64,000 bases of DNA from an uncultured Clostridia bacterium (GTDB lineage: Bacteria; Bacillota; Clostridia; Christensenellales; Borkfalkiaceae): positions 9,482 through 73,481 of the forward strand of contig CATZIC010000001.1 in assembly GCA_958419945.1 (NCBI GenBank). Direction: 5' to 3'. Position numbers and translations under genes: made by a program. Below, one piece after another: positions 45,733 to 55,809 of this stretch; positions within the stretch are counted from its first letter, which is position 1, and each line of letters opens with the position of its first letter. Below the pieces are notes generated by a model. It worked only from the letters and a program-made list of their open reading frames with translations, did not search any database and was not told the origin of the DNA.

Positions 45733-47985
45733 ATGAAAAACAATTTATTTAAAAACTTTATTGCCTATCCGATTTATTTTTTAATCTTTTGCGCGCTTAA
45801 CTCGGTTTATGGTGGAGCGCCATTTTCCTGCGGGGCTTTTATCGGGCTTTTGTTTACGGGGGCGCCGCTTGCGCTTACGGCAGTTACCTTTCTTCTGTCA
45901 TTTTTGGTGTACAAAAGTTGGTTTTATATAATCTTCGGGGCGGTTTTCGGCGGGTTTCTCACGCTCGTATTTTTCTTATATAGGCGTAAACGAAAACAAA
46001 TCGGAGCTGAAATAATACTGTACGTATTTTTGGGACTTGTGCCTTACATACTTACGAACTTTCCCGAAAAAGCGGTAGAAAAGTTAGTCTATATGTCGAT
46101 TATCGCCGTATTTTCGATTGTGTCGCAGGTTGCGTTAAACGCAGTTTTGCGTAAAAAATTAAGCCGAAACGTTACCGCATACGATGGACTTTCGGTAATT
46201 GCATTTTTCGTTTTTACCTCGGTTGGGCTTATAAATCTTTTTTCGGTAGAAGTATACAGACCGCTTGCGGTGGCAGTTTTCGTACTACTATCGAGATATT
46301 ACAAAAATAACACTTCCTTAATAGTCGGGGCTTCCTGCGCGCTGCCGCTTGTTATAACCACGGGTAGCTACGAGTATCTTGCGGGCTTCTTGCTTTTTTG
46401 CGGGGTTTACGCTCTTTTAAGAAATTCCCCTTCGATTGCGATTTCCATAGGGCTTTGCCTTGCGGAACTTATTTGCGGGCTGTATCTTAAATTTTACGGC
46501 GAATACGGCTATATAAACGCCGTGCCGGTGCTTGCGGTGCTGTTTTTGACTTCCTTAATATCAAAAAGCAGAATGGAAAGCATCTCTCAAAAATACAATT
46601 TCGATCCAAACAGTGCCCTAATACGCTCGGTAATAAACCGAAACAGGCTGGATACTTCGGCAAGGCTTTACGATATTTCCAATGTATTTTTTCAGATGCA
46701 GGACGCATTTTCAAACCTTAAAAAATGCACGGAAAGCACCGACGTTTTGGTGGAAAAAATGGTGGACGAGGTGCTTTACAATATGTGTTCTAACTGCCAA
46801 CTCGAACAAAGGTGCATAAAAAGAAATGCGCCGAAATACGATTTGATTGAAAAAATAATCCGAATAGGCATCGCAAAAGGACGGGTTACAATCGTGGATC
46901 TACCACGGGATTTTACCGACGTTTGCGGGTACCCGAACAGTGCGATTTTTGAAGTTAACAGGCTTATAGGCTCATATTGTGAATATATTAAGAACGCGGA
47001 AAGCGGAGATAAGTCAAAGGAAATTTTAAGCCTGCAGTCCTCCGGCGTTGCCGGGGTTTTGAAGGGTCTTGCCTTTTCCCTTTCGAAAACTTCCCAAGAA
47101 AACAAGGCGGAAGAAAAACGAATTTTAAAAGCGCTTTCCAAAAAAGGGGTAAAGTGCGACGGGGCGCTTTGCTTCGGCGAGGGAAAGGACACTGAAATCG
47201 AAGTGATATTTCCATCCGAATACTTTGCGGAATCGGACGTCGGCGGAATTTTGTCCGAGGCCTTTAATACGAGGCTGGCGGTTACTCGGGCGGAAGCGGT
47301 TGCAAACGGCGTAACCGCAGTTACCCTTAAATTTGCGCCCGCACTCGATGCGGTTTTCGGAATCGGCAAGGTTACGAAAACCAACTCCCCTGCGTCCGGC
47401 GACTGCCATTCCCTTGTAAAAATAGACGAAAGCAATTTTTTGGTTGCCCTATCCGACGGCATGGGCAGCGGAGAAGTTGCCCAAAAGACTTCGGAAACGG
47501 CGCTAAACCTTATAGAATCGCTGTATAAGGCGGGGCTTGACTCGGAATTTATTCTTACGCTTGTAAACAAACTGCTTGCAATTTCCATTGACGACAATTT
47601 TTCGGCAATAGACATTGCCCTTGTCAATTTAAGAGAGGGAAACACCGCGTTTATAAAGATCGGTTCCCCTTACGGCTTTATCCTTTCCGATTCCGGAATA
47701 AGGTTCATCGAAGGCTCTTCCCTTCCCCTTGGAATACTTGACGAACTTCACCCAACTACCGCTTCCGCCCCCCTTGTGGCGGGAGACGTTATAATGATGG
47801 TTTCCGACGGGGTTACGGACGCATTTTCCTCTTCGGGGGATTTGGTGGACTTTTTAAAATCCGCGCCGCTACATAACCCGCAGGAACTTGCGGACCTGGT
47901 GGTTAATAAAGCCCTTGAACTATCTAACGGCAACGCCGCGGACGATATGACTGCGGTTTGCGTAAGACTTGTTGACGCCGCATAG
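45733..47985 (+). CDS. spoIIE: Stage II sporulation protein E (membrane PP2C phosphatase)
   Basis: About 10 N-terminal TM segments, a central domain, and a C-terminal PP2C (..ALSDGMGSGEVA.., ..VSDGVTD..); 750 aa. Confidence 0.88.
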   Translation: MKNNLFKNFIAYPIYFLIFCALNSVYGGAPFSCGAFIGLLFTGAPLALTAVTFLLSFLVYKSWFYIIFGAVFGGFLTLVFFLYRRKRKQIGAEIILYVFLGLVPYILTNFPEKAVEKLVYMSIIAVFSIVSQVALNAVLRKKLSRNVTAYDGLSVIAFFVFTSVGLINLFSVEVYRPLAVAVFVLLSRYYKNNTSLIVGASCALPLVITTGSYEYLAGFLLFCGVYALLRNSPSIAISIGLCLAELICGLYLKFYGEYGYINAVPVLAVLFLTSLISKSRMESISQKYNFDPNSALIRSVINRNRLDTSARLYDISNVFFQMQDAFSNLKKCTESTDVLVEKMVDEVLYNMCSNCQLEQRCIKRNAPKYDLIEKIIRIGIAKGRVTIVDLPRDFTDVCGYPNSAIFEVNRLIGSYCEYIKNAESGDKSKEILSLQSSGVAGVLKGLAFSLSKTSQENKAEEKRILKALSKKGVKCDGALCFGEGKDTEIEVIFPSEYFAESDVGGILSEAFNTRLAVTRAEAVANGVTAVTLKFAPALDAVFGIGKVTKTNSPASGDCHSLVKIDESNFLVALSDGMGSGEVAQKTSETALNLIESLYKAGLDSEFILTLVNKLLAISIDDNFSAIDIALVNLREGNTAFIKIGSPYGFILSDSGIRFIEGSSLPLGILDELHPTTASAPLVAGDVIMMVSDGVTDAFSSSGDLVDFLKSAPLHNPQELADLVVNKALELSNGNAADDMTAVCVRLVDAA

Positions 47986-48026
47986 AAATATAAGAATTTT
48001 AAAAACATAAATAGTTTTGCAAAAAA

Positions 48027-48050
48027 GCCGCCGAACTTGGGCGGTTTTTT
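48027..48050 (+). terminator. Terminator of spoIIE
   Basis: GCCGCC..GGCGG stem followed by TTTTTT. Confidence 0.7.
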
Positions 48051-48053
48051 AAA

Positions 48054-48080
48054 AAAATGGGGCTATAGGTCGATTAATGA
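48054..48080 (-). repeat. Repeat module M1, inverted orientation
   Basis: The reverse complement reads ATTAATCGACCTATAGCCCCATTTTT. Confidence 0.7.
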
Positions 48081-48253
48081 CTGTTTTTGAGTTTTGCATG
48101 CGCTGCATATTTCGCTTTTTTGAAAAATTTTTCCCTCATTTTAATTCTTAATTCACCGCGCGCACACTTTTATTACACATTGTTTTGTTAAACCACACAC
48201 TTATTTTTTAATATACTATTAGGAAAGCTTTTTGTAAAAGGAGGTGCTACGTT

Positions 48254-48955
48254 TTGAGTTTTATTTCTTTCGAAAACGCGGAAAAGACCTATAAGACGGG
48301 TGAAGTAAGCGTTACAGCCTTAAAAGACGCGACTTTTTCAATCGACAAGGGTGAAATATGTGTTATCGTCGGCGAATCCGGTGCAGGCAAAACAACCCTT
48401 TTAAACATGCTTGGCGGAATGGATTCGGTTTCAAGCGGTAAAATTACGGTAGACGGAAAAGAAGTTTCTTCATTTAACCAAAAACAGCTTACGGAATTCA
48501 GAAGATCGGACGTTGGTTTTGTGTTTCAGTTTTATAACCTTATCCCCAACCTTACGGCGCTTGAAAACGTAGAGATTTCCGCAAAGCTTACCGCAGCCGC
48601 ATCAGACCCAAAGGAAACACTTGAAAAGGTCGGACTTAGCGACAGACTAAATAACTTTCCCGCTCAGCTTTCGGGCGGAGAACAGCAACGGGTTGCCATT
48701 GCAAGGGCGCTTTGTAAAAACCCAAAACTTTTACTCTGCGACGAGCCTACCGGCGCACTCGACTACGTAACGGGTAAAGCCATATTAAAGCTTATAGAGG
48801 ACACCGCACACGAAAAAAACATGACGGCGGTAATAATTACGCACAACAAAGCCCTTTGCGCCATGGCGGACAGAGTGATTACCGTAAAAAGCGGAAGAAT
48901 ACAGTCCGTCGTTTTAAACGAAAAGGTTACGCCCATAGAAGACATAGAGTGGTAA
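48254..48955 (+). CDS. ABC transporter ATP-binding protein (MacB/LolD-type)
   Basis: TTG start after AAGGAGGTG; Walker [10 protein letters not shown]; [10 protein letters not shown]. Confidence 0.9.
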   Translation: MSFISFENAEKTYKTGEVSVTALKDATFSIDKGEICVIVGESGAGKTTLLNMLGGMDSVSSGKITVDGKEVSSFNQKQLTEFRRSDVGFVFQFYNLIPNLTALENVEISAKLTAAASDPKETLEKVGLSDRLNNFPAQLSGGEQQRVAIARALCKNPKLLLCDEPTGALDYVTGKAILKLIEDTAHEKNMTAVIITHNKALCAMADRVITVKSGRIQSVVLNEKVTPIEDIEW

Positions 48956-48959
48956 AGTT

Positions 48960-51509
48960 ATGAACCGATTGATTTTGAAAACCTTTTTCCGTTCGGTAAA
49001 GAAGTCCTTCGGGCGGTATCTTTCTATTTTGATGATCGCGGCGCTTGGCGTGGGATTTTTTACGGGGCTTAAAAATGCAGAACCTTCCATGCAGAAAACC
49101 GCAAACCTATACTTTTCAGAGCAAAACATGTACGACTTTCAGGCGGTAAGCACGCTTGGTTTAAGCGACGACGCCGTAAGATCCTTTTCAGACTACGGTA
49201 TAACCGCCGAAGGGGTTTATAACACCGACATTGCATATGAAATTTCCGGTAGCGGTGGAGTTTTGACAGCCTTTTCCCTTCCCGAAATAAACGCTATTCC
49301 GAAAATTTCGGAAGGCAGGCTTCCCGAAAAAGAAACCGAATGTCTTGCGGACGATCTTTTGTTTAGTAAAGATGATATCGGTAAGACTATAAAAATTACG
49401 GAAAGCACCGTAGTCCCCCTTAAATACACGGAATATACCATTGTGGGGCTTTGTCAGTCTCCGAGATATATAAGTTTCGAAAGAGGCTCTACCACCCTTA
49501 ACGGCGGCAACCTTGACGGATTTATTTACATTGACAAGGCTTGTTTTACCTCGCCCGTTTATCACGAAGTTACCTTGCGCATAAATACCGACGCTGAAAA
49601 TGAGAAAGGCGCGGACCTGTTTTCCGACGAATATAAAGACACCATGGAAGAGCTTAAACCGAAACTTGAAAGCTTGCTTGCCGAGGTTGCTATATCGGAT
49701 TACGAAAATATAATTACGGAAGGAACCGCCAAATTAGACGACGCAAGAAAACAACTTGACGGCGGTTGGGCGCTTTATAACGGTATGATAGAAAGCGGAG
49801 TGTCGGCGGAAAGGCTTACCGCAGTTTACAACGCTTTGACGGACGGCGAGGCGCAGTATCTTGACGGGCAAAAGAAGCTATCGGAAATAAAAAAGCCGAC
49901 GACCTATCTTCTAGACTTACGCACTAACCGAAGCTTTTACAACTTTGAAAACGACACGGTGATAGTAAGCGGCATTGCAAACGCTTTTCCGATTTTCTTT
50001 TTACTTATCGCAGTGCTTGTATGCACCAACACGATGTCGAGAATGATACGTGAGGAAAGAACGCAGACAGGCACTTTAAAGGCGCTTGGACTAAGCAACG
50101 GGAAAATAGTGGAAAAATACGTTTTATATGCGGTTTCCGCCTCCCTTTTCGGTTGCATTATAGGTTTTTTCTTCGGAACGGGCCTTATTCCGCTTGCCAT
50201 ATGGGCGGTTTACGGCGGAACCTATGAGATTGCTCCCCTTTCCTACTATTTTTCACCAATAATGTACGTAGCCTGTCTTGCGATCACTCTCCTTTTATCC
50301 CTCGGCGTTACGCTGTTTACTTTAAGAAATGAACTGAAAGAAAAGCCCGCAGAACTTATTCGACCAAAGGCACCGACGAGCGGGAAAAGAATATTTTTGG
50401 AAAAAATCAAACCCCTTTGGAACAGGCTTTCCTTTTTGAACAAAGTTTCGGTAAGAAACGCTTTCAGATATAAAAGCAGGACCTTTATGATGATTATCGG
50501 CATTGCGGGATGCACGGCGCTGGTCGTTACGGGGTTTGGGATAAGCGACACGATATCGGGCGTTTTGGATAGTCAGTACGGCAACGTAATACGTTATGAC
50601 GGCTACGCAATTATAGAATCGGAGGAAGCGGAAGATTACAAGGCCGTTTTGGACGGTGCCGAATACCAAGTCTGTTTCAGAGATGAGCTTGCGGTAAAAT
50701 CTTCCGACGGTGAAAAGCAAGCGACCGTGATTTCAGCGTCTGCCCAAAATATAGACAAATACTTCGGGCTTGTTTCGGATGGCAATATAATAGAACCGCC
50801 CAAAGACGGATACGCAGTCGTTACCAAAAAGTTTGCCGAGGATTTAAAACTTAAAAACGGAAGCAAAATTTCAATCAATATTTCGGGAACGGATTATGAA
50901 TTTACGGTTAGCGGGATTTCGGATAGTTATATAGGACACTACGTTTTTTTGCCCGAAAACCTTCTTGACAATATAGAGGCAAACACGGTATTTTTTAACT
51001 CCGAAAACCTTTCGGAAACGGCGACAGGGCTTAGAGCCTTGGATAGCGTAGGTTACGTTTCCCTTGCAGGCGAGGAAAAAGCGAGCATAGAAACCTCGCT
51101 AAGCAGCCTTGGTTACATTGTGCTTTTGGTAATACTGTGTGCCGCGTTTTTGACCTTTACGGTTTTGTTTAACCTTACCAATATAAACATTATGGAAAGG
51201 ATTAAGGAAATAGCAACCCTTAAAGTGTTGGGTTTCAGAACCAAAGAAACCTCTTCTTATATCCTTAGGGAAAACCTTATACTAACCGTTATAGGCGCAC
51301 TTATGGGGCTTATTTTCGGGGTGTTTTTACACGCTTACATAATGAAACAGGTAAAAACCGATATGATCTACTTTACGGCTAAAATTTTCTTCCAAAGTTA
51401 TATTTTCGCTTTTTTAATAGTACTCGCGTTTGCTATTATCGCCTGCCTTATTATGCAAATTAAACTTAAAAAGGTAAATATGGCGGAATCATTAAAAGCG
51501 GTGGAGTAG
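48960..51509 (+). CDS. FtsX-family ABC permease with two FtsX modules and large extracytoplasmic domains
   Basis: 849 aa. A 4-TM FtsX-like block occurs twice, at about aa 330-460 and 720-849. Adjacent to the MacB-type ATPase. Confidence 0.85.
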   Translation: MNRLILKTFFRSVKKSFGRYLSILMIAALGVGFFTGLKNAEPSMQKTANLYFSEQNMYDFQAVSTLGLSDDAVRSFSDYGITAEGVYNTDIAYEISGSGGVLTAFSLPEINAIPKISEGRLPEKETECLADDLLFSKDDIGKTIKITESTVVPLKYTEYTIVGLCQSPRYISFERGSTTLNGGNLDGFIYIDKACFTSPVYHEVTLRINTDAENEKGADLFSDEYKDTMEELKPKLESLLAEVAISDYENIITEGTAKLDDARKQLDGGWALYNGMIESGVSAERLTAVYNALTDGEAQYLDGQKKLSEIKKPTTYLLDLRTNRSFYNFENDTVIVSGIANAFPIFFLLIAVLVCTNTMSRMIREERTQTGTLKALGLSNGKIVEKYVLYAVSASLFGCIIGFFFGTGLIPLAIWAVYGGTYEIAPLSYYFSPIMYVACLAITLLLSLGVTLFTLRNELKEKPAELIRPKAPTSGKRIFLEKIKPLWNRLSFLNKVSVRNAFRYKSRTFMMIIGIAGCTALVVTGFGISDTISGVLDSQYGNVIRYDGYAIIESEEAEDYKAVLDGAEYQVCFRDELAVKSSDGEKQATVISASAQNIDKYFGLVSDGNIIEPPKDGYAVVTKKFAEDLKLKNGSKISINISGTDYEFTVSGISDSYIGHYVFLPENLLDNIEANTVFFNSENLSETATGLRALDSVGYVSLAGEEKASIETSLSSLGYIVLLVILCAAFLTFTVLFNLTNINIMERIKEIATLKVLGFRTKETSSYILRENLILTVIGALMGLIFGVFLHAYIMKQVKTDMIYFTAKIFFQSYIFAFLIVLAFAIIACLIMQIKLKKVNMAESLKAVE

Positions 51510-51520
51510 CCTTAAGAAAT

Positions 51521-51723
51521 AAATACGCTAACGCTAATGAAGAAATGAAGTCGCTAACGCTAATGAAGTACGCCTCACTAGCGCATTGTGGATTTAGATT
51601 ATTATAAAAATGACGATAACGGGCTTATAGCCCCACTTTTGACAATTATCCTGCTTGGGCTTCTGGATTGCCACGTCGCTTTGCGACTCGCAATGACGGA
51701 GTGGCTTGACACTCTCCAAACTC
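51521..51723 (+). repeat. Composite repeat M4 (51521-51595) + M1 (51612-51650) + M2 (51661-51699) + inverted M5
   Basis: Co-linear with 596-870. M2 reads TTCTGGATTGCCAC-GTCGC-TTT-GCGAC-TCGCAATGACGG. Confidence 0.9.
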
Positions 51724-51762
51724 AAAAAAAAGTGCAGTCCCTCAAAAGGACTGCACTTTTTT
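51724..51762 (-). terminator. Bidirectional terminator between the FtsX permease and malG-like genes
   Basis: AGTGCAGTCC..GGACTGCACT stem flanked by an A-run and a T-run. Confidence 0.8.
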
Positions 51763-51773
51763 GATATAACGAC

Positions 51774-52616
51774 TTACGCTTTTACGGCGCCTGCGGACAA
51801 GCCGCTAATTAAGAACTTTGAAAGTGCAAAGTAGAAAATTACGATTGGCACGGCTATAAACACCGAGCCTGCCGCAAAACGGGCGAATTCCGTATTATCA
51901 AGGGACATAAGTCCTACCGCCACGGTGTAAAGTTCTTTGTTTTTCAAAAGAAGCTTTGGAAGGATAAAGTCCGACCACGGCCATACGAAGGAGGAAAGCA
52001 AGGTGTACACTATCATGGGGGCTGCAAGCGGAAGGGTAATTTGAACGAAGATTCTGAAACTCGACGCTCCGTCAATGCGGGCAGCCTCGTCAATAGAGGT
52101 GGAAATGGTGTCAAAAAAGCCTTTCTGCGTAAGATACCCCATAGGCGCACCCGCCGAATAAATAAGGATAAGCCCCCACTGACGGTTTACAAGATTGAAT
52201 TGCGTGCAAAGTAGGTACACCGCAGTCATCGTCATAAAGGACGGAAACATACCGAGAAGAAGGGTGGTTTTCATCATTGCCTTTCTCGACTTAAAGCGGA
52301 AACGGGACATACAGTAAGCGGTCAGAATGGTTAAGAAAGTGCCGATAAGAGAACTCATTACGGATATGTAAAGGGTGTTTAAAAACCACCTTGGATAGTT
52401 GTACATATCGGTGTCCGAAAACAGTTTTATAAAGGTATCGAAACTGTATTCGGTCGGGAAAAATCCTTTAAACGAATATAGCGAACCTGATTTCGAAAAG
52501 GACGCCAAAACAAGCCAAAGTACCGGAAACAGGAAAATAAACGCCACGATTATTAAAACGATATAAGTAATTGCGACGGTGAACAATTTTTTTGGACTTA
52601 CAACAACCTTTTTCAT
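51774..52616 (-). CDS. Maltodextrin-type ABC permease (MalG-like)
   Basis: EAA loop EAARIDGASSFRIFVQITLPL; 6 TM segments; overlaps the upstream permease stop. Confidence 0.88.
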   Translation of the reverse strand: MKKVVVSPKKLFTVAITYIVLIIVAFIFLFPVLWLVLASFSKSGSLYSFKGFFPTEYSFDTFIKLFSDTDMYNYPRWFLNTLYISVMSSLIGTFLTILTAYCMSRFRFKSRKAMMKTTLLLGMFPSFMTMTAVYLLCTQFNLVNRQWGLILIYSAGAPMGYLTQKGFFDTISTSIDEAARIDGASSFRIFVQITLPLAAPMIVYTLLSSFVWPWSDFILPKLLLKNKELYTVAVGLMSLDNTEFARFAAGSVFIAVPIVIFYFALSKFLISGLSAGAVKA

Positions 52617-54034
52617 TGATAGGTATCCTCCTGTTTATAAGACGGTGAAAGAATGTAAACGGTTAGAGATATTATGGAAGTTATAATGAAAATTACTATA
52701 CTTATTGCCGCGCCTATCGAATAGTAGTTGTTGTCTATCGACATATTGTACAGCCAATTTATCAAAAGGTCGGTATCGCTTGCAAGGAAATATCCGTCTA
52801 AATAAAGTCCGCCACGCAGGAAATAGAATATTCCGAAGTTATTGAAATTGCTTATAAACTGCGTGATAAGTACCGGAGTCGTTGCAAACAAAACGTACGG
52901 AAGAGTTATTTTGATAAATTGTTTCCACGGGCTAGCGCCGTCCACCCTTGCCGCCTCGTATAAATCGTTACTTAGGTTAGACAAAATGCCCGTTGCGAGC
53001 AGCATTCCGCTCGGAATACACAGCCAGGCGTTTACCAAAAGCCCGATAAGTCTTGCCGACCATTTTGCGTCGATATCCAAAAAGCCTACCGCCGGCTTGC
53101 CACCCTGGGTTATGTAGTAGTTTATGGGGCCGCCGTAAGAAAACATAAACTTGAAGCCTATAAGGGTGATAAAACCCGGCACGGCGTATGCAAGTATCGG
53201 AAACAGCCTCCAAAATGTTTTGCCTTTTACGCACTTTCCGTTTAACAAAAGTGCAAGCCCAAGCCCCGCAAAATAATTTATGAAGGTTGAAAGCACCGCC
53301 CAGATAACGTTCCAACCGAAAATTTTGAAAAATGTCGGCGCAAAGTCGGAAAGGGAAAGTATTTTTACGAAATTGTCAAGCCCCACCCAACTAACGAGCT
53401 TTGGCGGTACTATCGTGCCGCCGTAGTCGGTAAAGGCTATAAGTATCATAAAGATGATCGGAAGTATGCAAAATACGCATACCCCTATTACGGGAAGAGC
53501 TAGTGCGGTTTTATAAAAGTTTTTATCGAGCAGCGAGCCTACTTGTTTTTTGAAAGATGCGGGTTTTAGTCCGTTTTCTATTGCGCACTGCGTTCTGTAA
53601 ACGTCCTTGACGTTACCGATATATAAAACGATGTAGAACACAAGCGCAATAACCGAAAGTATGCCGACAAGCATCATTATTACGGAATTGTCGCCCTCTA
53701 TGCCGTACCAGGCGTTTCCTTCGACGGTGCCGAGGGTAACAAGCCCCACGATACCGTTTGCGCCCATAAAGGCAAAAAACAGAATAAATGCAATTTCCGT
53801 CAAAAGGTATAAAATACCTTTCGCCCACTGCTTGTAAATAAGTTGCCCAAGCCCCATCAAAAAGCAGGAAGCCATTACTTTGCCGTTGCCACGGGTTAAA
53901 ATTTCCTTTGCACCCGAAAACCTTTTTTTTGTTCTTGCGGGAAGAAGAACAAACCAATTTTTTATCGATTTACCCATGCGTGGAAAAAAATTTTTAAAAG
54001 AGCCTTTTTGCTTACGATTTTTATCCTTAACCAT
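52613..54034 (-). CDS. Maltodextrin-type ABC permease (MalF-like)
   Basis: EAA loop EAARVDGASPWKQFIKITLPY. ATG at 54034 is preceded by AAGGGGGAG. Confidence 0.88.
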   Translation of the reverse strand: MVKDKNRKQKGSFKNFFPRMGKSIKNWFVLLPARTKKRFSGAKEILTRGNGKVMASCFLMGLGQLIYKQWAKGILYLLTEIAFILFFAFMGANGIVGLVTLGTVEGNAWYGIEGDNSVIMMLVGILSVIALVFYIVLYIGNVKDVYRTQCAIENGLKPASFKKQVGSLLDKNFYKTALALPVIGVCVFCILPIIFMILIAFTDYGGTIVPPKLVSWVGLDNFVKILSLSDFAPTFFKIFGWNVIWAVLSTFINYFAGLGLALLLNGKCVKGKTFWRLFPILAYAVPGFITLIGFKFMFSYGGPINYYITQGGKPAVGFLDIDAKWSARLIGLLVNAWLCIPSGMLLATGILSNLSNDLYEAARVDGASPWKQFIKITLPYVLFATTPVLITQFISNFNNFGIFYFLRGGLYLDGYFLASDTDLLINWLYNMSIDNNYYSIGAAISIVIFIITSIISLTVYILSPSYKQEDTYQ

Positions 54035-54044
54035 ATTCTCCCCC

Positions 54045-55483
54045 TTATGCCAAAGTGAATATCGCACTGTAAATCTGCCGATCTACTTCGATAAGTTTTT
54101 GCTTTATCTTTTCCGGCGTATCGTACTTATAGCCATCCTCTCTGAACGGGTCTTTTGCCAAATCCTGAAACAGCGTCTGAAGGGGCGTCCAAATCTGCGC
54201 CACTTCACTTATGGAAGGCATTACCACGATATTGCCCTCGGCAAGATTTTCGTTTATGATTTCAGAAAGACCGCCAACCTCTTCGGCAACGTCCTCTCGC
54301 GCGGGAACTATGCCCAAAAGCCCGTTTCTGCGGCTTATCATTTGGTAACTTGTGGCAAAGTTTACGAAAGCAAGTGCGGCGTTCGGATATTTCGTGTACG
54401 AACTTATAGCGTATCCCTGGATACCGCCCATCATTCTGCTTTCCAAAAATCCGCCGCTTTCGTCCTCCAAATTACCGCTTTTGGGCAGTAGCGGTATGTC
54501 CGCAGTTATTAAATTTTCCGCAATATAGTCTTCGGAAAACCCTTGCGCTTTCATTTCGTCGACGAACATCGTATATACGTCAGGCGTGGTTATAGTGGCA
54601 AAATACTCACCTTTTGCAGCGCCGAATAAGCGGTTACGGTTACCGAGTCGTCTATACATCTTTCGTCCATAACGGAAGCAAGTTGGCGCAAAACCATGCC
54701 CCCTTGCTCGGCATTTCCTTTGCTGTGGCCTATATCGGAAGGGTCGGTGTTATCGCTTCCGAAAGTATAGCCGCCGTAGCTATAAAGATAGCCGACCGAA
54801 AAATAGGGTTCCATAAAGGAGCGCATATATCCGTAGGCTTTTGTGGTGCCGTCCGCTGCGTAATAATTGCCCTCTTTAAGCATTTTGGAATACCGATATA
54901 AATCCGTCCAATACTGTACTATATCGCAAACACCGTCCTTGTCGTCATCCCACTCGGTTTCCCAATTTTCGGGAAGCCTGTCTTTACGGTAATATAGGAG
55001 CGGGCCTTGTACGTTTACGGGAACGCCGAAGGAGAATTTTTCTCCGCCAATAGTGCGAGTATAGGCTTGCCAGGACTTTTCGCCTATAACTTCATAGCAA
55101 TCCAAGTCCTCCACGGGAAGTGGCATAATATGCTTATTGTCAACGTATTTCATTAAAGCGTCGTTCGCCTGATAAAGTACGTCGGGACCGTAGCCGAAAG
55201 GGCCGTCGTTAGCGAGGTCCGTGTACTGGTCCATATTTGCGTCCACCGCCGTTATGCCGTATTCCGAATACTTTTGGTTAAAAGCGGAAATAAGTTCGGC
55301 AAGATATCCCTGCTTTATAGCCGTATCGTTTTCGAGAATACGAAGCGTACAGCCATTTTCGAGTTCGCCCGTAAATTTATCGGAGCCCTCTGCTTCGGTC
55401 ATAGCGCCCGTAAGCCCGACGGTTACTATAAGCGTAAGTATAAGAGCAAGATGAACGGCTATTGCCGCAATAATTTTTTTCAT
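54045..55483 (-). pseudogene. MalE-like solute-binding protein gene split by a frameshift into a 297-aa ORF and a 204-aa ORF
   Basis: ORFs 54590-55483 and 54045-54659 are the N- and C-terminal halves of one SBP. They overlap in different frames at 54590-54659. Confidence 0.75.
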
Positions 55484-55518
55484 TCGGTACCCCCTTTTTC
55501 GTTTTTTTGTTTTGCGTA

Positions 55519-55737
55519 GGCGAAACTGTCGTTATCACTGATTTTTTTAAAGACTGCTAACCTAAACGAAAAAGGTAACTTAAATCTTTAAAAATGCGAA
55601 GCAATTTTAACGGATAAAACGCAAAGAGAAAGGCGGAAAATCGACCGCAATCGTACTCGCCGTACTATAAGGGAGAGTTTGCGACTTTATCAAAGCGTTT
55701 TGCCGTTAAAATAGTCAGTGGTGGCAACAGTTTCGCC
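55519..55737 (+). other. 219-nt element bounded by 23-nt inverted repeats, with a nested second inverted repeat
   Basis: Outer pair: GGCGAAACTGTCGTTATCACTGA (55519-55541) with TCAGTGGTGGCAACAGTTTCGCC (55715-55737). Inner pair: TTTTAACGGATAAAACGC (55605-55622) with GCGTTTTGCCGTTAAAA (55695-55711). Confidence 0.7.
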
Positions 55738-55809
55738 TATCCGTCTTCACCCCGCATATAGGGGTGAAAACGGGCGGAAATTTAATCCGCAAAATAGGAG
55801 AAAAATTGT

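Noticed and set aside
46776-47645. 289-aa minus-strand ORF inside spoIIE, and other long antisense ORFs (43244-43846, 53880-54491, 20939-21445, 62449-62913, 63233-63985, and the plus-strand ORFs across 14604-16155)
   Set aside because: They lie wholly inside, or largely overlap, confidently identified genes on the opposite strand. Their translations are low-complexity or Ser/Arg/Leu-rich and they lack start signals. These are typical shadow ORFs.
55746-55768. Hairpin TTCACCCC-GCATATA-GGGGTGAA as the terminator of the GH13 gene
   Set aside because: There is no U-tract on either strand. It may be an RNA-stability element or a distant relative of the TATA-loop M1 hairpins, but the evidence is insufficient for a call.
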